A stretch of DNA of 32,000 nucleotides from Patescibacteria group bacterium (lineage in GTDB: Bacteria > Patescibacteriota > Patescibacteriia > UBA2591 > UBA6264), in assembly GCA_028713575.1 (NCBI GenBank), contig JAQTOB010000004.1, positions 38,393 to 70,392 on the forward strand, written 5' to 3'. The position numbers and the translations under genes are program-made. Shown here in pieces: positions 29,982 through 32,000 of the stretch. The number at the start of each line of letters is the position of its first letter. Position 1 is the first letter of the stretch. The notes beneath the pieces are model-generated. The model was not told the origin of the DNA and searched no databases. It worked only from the letters and a program-made list of their open reading frames with translations.

Positions 29982-32000
29982 ATGAAAATTTCAGGGAATA
30001 AAAATCAAATTTTTTTTATTTTTATATTTATACTGTTTTTTGTTTTATTTTTTCCTTCCACCATTAAAGCAATTCCCAGAGGGACAATTCTTTATAAAAC
30101 CTCGGAGGACGGGAAAATGTATGGATATAATAATTTTGATTTTTCTTTAATCACGGGAAAATTTTATCCTGGAGGAGTCGCGATTTATATTGGAAGAGAT
30201 AAAATAAAAAAAGAAGATATGATTGTTGAGGTGGATTATAATGGCGTAAGAAAAATTCCGGCTAAATATTTTGTTGATTTAGACAAAGGAGAAAAATTTA
30301 TTGGAGCAAAAATACCAAACGGTTTTAAGGGAATAAGTGAAAAGATGGCGGAGAATATTGTAAATCAATATGGCGAGAATTTTGACTTTACTTACCATAA
30401 GCAAAAAGGACCGCAAAGTGGGGATTGGACTTCGGCCGGATTTGTGGAAAAAATTTATGAAAGCGCGGAATCGTCTCAATTAACTTATCACCAGGAACCC
30501 ATCTGGAATTATACATATTATTCCGCTTTTAATATCACTCCGGACAGCTATGATAATGAATCGGAAATTAATAATAATCATGACTGTTTCTCAGAGAAAA
30601 TGGAATTTTCTAAAATTCATAAACTCGGTCAAGGGGGATTTTTTGAACGGTTTTTTACTCAGGAGGCAAAAAGTTTGGTTAAGGCCATCCAGTCCTCGCT
30701 CTCTGAAGCCGCCGACGAGATTATTAATCTTAATGTTCTTGGTAAAAAATATGACGGGGAGAGATATTTTTTCTTCCCTTACACCCAATTTAAACAGCCG
30801 TCTTTGCAAGAAGTTGAAATTGATATTCCCGTTGCTTCTCATGGAAAAGCCCAAGCTGTGGGAGAACTCTCTTCGGCGACGCTTCTTCGCTTAAAAACCG
30901 CGGCCTTTAGTGAGCGAATAATTAAAGAGTTAACTCAAGAGAGGATTAAAAAATTGGCCCAAGACTTTGTTGGCTTGGGTAAAATTATAGCCGGGATTGG
31001 TTCAATTAAGGAAACAATTGGCACAGCGGAAGAAGGAATTAAATTAATAAGCGGAAATAAAATTAATATTGATTCGGAAAAATTTGCCGAAGAAATGGCT
31101 TTTAAAAATAAACACATCAGCGCGGCCTTAAGCTGGATAGAAGAAGCGGAAGAATTTACTCAAGCTAGCATTAATGAATCTCTGGAATTTTTTGACCTGA
31201 CTAACAGGGGTCAATTTAGCGGCCCGGAATACAAAAGAGAAATGGAATTAGAATTGGCTAAAATAGGAGAAATTGAAGAGCAGGTATTTGAAAATGTTAA
31301 TTCAAAACCAGAGACCCTTGAAGAAGAAGCTTTTCCCGTAGAATTAACTGATTTAACAAACCCGCCTTTAGAAGAAATTAAACTAGATAAAATCGGGAAC
31401 GAAAATTTATTTTTTACAGAAGAAAAAATTGAAGACCAAACAGAAATTGAAGCCTCGCAATTAGGAAAACAAAAAATTAAAGAACCAGAAAAATTGTCAT
31501 CTCAATCGCTTCAATATTTTTTTGGCGACATCCTCATCAATGAATTAATGGCTAATCCGGAGGTCCTCGCCAATGAATGGATAGAATTATATAACACAAC
31601 CAATAATCAAATTAGTTTAAATGACTGGACCATTGAAGACAACACCGCTGAACCTAAATTGTTAAAAGATTTAATAATTAACCCTCAAAGCTGGTTGGTT
31701 TTAAACAAGGGCCAGAATTTTAATTTTGACCTTAATAATTCCGGAGATATTATTAAATTGAAATATAAAGATGTCTTAATTGACCAGGTTTGCTATGGAG
31801 ATTTTGACGATGGTAATATAAACGATAACGCTCCGTTGGCGGCTCAAGGGCAGTCATTGGCGAAAAATAATAATATTTGGGTTGTAACCACCCAACCAAC
31901 GCCGGGAATGCTAAATCAAATTATTGCGCCTTCTCTGGTTGTCCAACCGCAAGGTTCTTCAGGGGGTGAAGACGGGGGAGGCGGCGGTGGCGGTTCATCA
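29982..32000 (+). CDS. Secreted protein with a lamin-tail domain (LTD); 3' end beyond the window
   Basis: This ORF is absent from the ORF track because no stop occurs in the window. I read 673 codons in-frame from the ATG at 29982 to position 32000 without a stop. It has a signal or anchor segment (IFFIFIFILFFVLFFPSTIKA). The LTD signature is ILINELMANPEVLANEWIELYNTTNNQISLNDWTIEDN...NSGDIIKLKYKDVLIDQVCYGDF. A Gly-rich linker lies at the window edge. Confidence 0.8.
   Translation, partial: MKISGNKNQIFFIFIFILFFVLFFPSTIKAIPRGTILYKTSEDGKMYGYNNFDFSLITGKFYPGGVAIYIGRDKIKKEDMIVEVDYNGVRKIPAKYFVDLDKGEKFIGAKIPNGFKGISEKMAENIVNQYGENFDFTYHKQKGPQSGDWTSAGFVEKIYESAESSQLTYHQEPIWNYTYYSAFNITPDSYDNESEINNNHDCFSEKMEFSKIHKLGQGGFFERFFTQEAKSLVKAIQSSLSEAADEIINLNVLGKKYDGERYFFFPYTQFKQPSLQEVEIDIPVASHGKAQAVGELSSATLLRLKTAAFSERIIKELTQERIKKLAQDFVGLGKIIAGIGSIKETIGTAEEGIKLISGNKINIDSEKFAEEMAFKNKHISAALSWIEEAEEFTQASINESLEFFDLTNRGQFSGPEYKREMELELAKIGEIEEQVFENVNSKPETLEEEAFPVELTDLTNPPLEEIKLDKIGNENLFFTEEKIEDQTEIEASQLGKQKIKEPEKLSSQSLQYFFGDILINELMANPEVLANEWIELYNTTNNQISLNDWTIEDNTAEPKLLKDLIINPQSWLVLNKGQNFNFDLNNSGDIIKLKYKDVLIDQVCYGDFDDGNINDNAPLAAQGQSLAKNNNIWVVTTQPTPGMLNQIIAPSLVVQPQGSSGGEDGGGGGGGSS

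Noticed and set aside
29982-30800. Assignment of the N-terminal region of the LTD protein to the permuted papain-like (YiiX/C92, NlpC/P60-like) amidases, based on PGGVAIYIG and DWTSAGFVEKIY
   Set aside because: The positions where the catalytic His and Cys would be expected read Gly and Thr/Ser, and the similarity is only a by-eye pattern. That is not enough for a call.
30550-31117. Track ORFs 30550-30894 (+), 30591-30854 (-), 30279-30479 (-) and 30935-31117 (-)
   Set aside because: All lie inside, and out of frame with or antisense to, the 673-codon open frame at 29982-32000, which has a signal peptide and an LTD domain. They are shadow ORFs.

Overview
The window is visibly AT-rich, with short intergenic spacers and many small or hypothetical genes. 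The gene content resembles a Candidate Phyla Radiation (Patescibacteria/Parcubacteria-like) chromosome; this placement is an inference from gene content, not a database hit. The genetic code appears standard, since TGA and TAA both act as stops. All confident protein genes lie on the + strand; the only confident minus-strand gene is a tRNA. Left third: a type IV pilus block with a PilO-like protein, a small PilP-like membrane protein, the PilB ATPase, a PilT-like protein whose catalytic motifs are all substituted, and PilC. About 700 bp of tandem repeats interrupt it between the pilT-like gene and pilC. Housekeeping genes follow: tRNA-Val(CAC), a Q/N-rich secreted protein, Fpg/MutM, tRNA-Pro(CGG), a polytopic membrane transporter, QueH, a four-helix-bundle protein, a disrupted GIY-YIG gene and an HtrA/PDZ-like protein lacking obvious catalytic His and Ser. 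Centre: an ECF-type sigma factor and a DUF5667-like membrane protein sit between two giant secreted proteins of 1580 aa (12 NHL blades plus Ig-like domains) and 1249 aa (reiterated beta-sandwich modules, S-layer or adhesin-like). These two proteins and a third secreted protein at 26922-28343 share an uncharacterised 'VY..G.KR' repeat module. Most unusual are at least five sequence-distinct palindrome-centred intergenic repeat families, at 4093-4800, 18881-19454, 20068-20595 and 25789-26150. One family, TTGGAGACC-W-GGTCTCCAA, surrounds a Y1/HUH (RAYT/IS200-like) transposase gene and occurs in-frame inside it. Right end: an (AG)16 microsatellite, a HEAT-repeat protein, and a signal-peptide protein with a lamin-tail domain that runs off the window.
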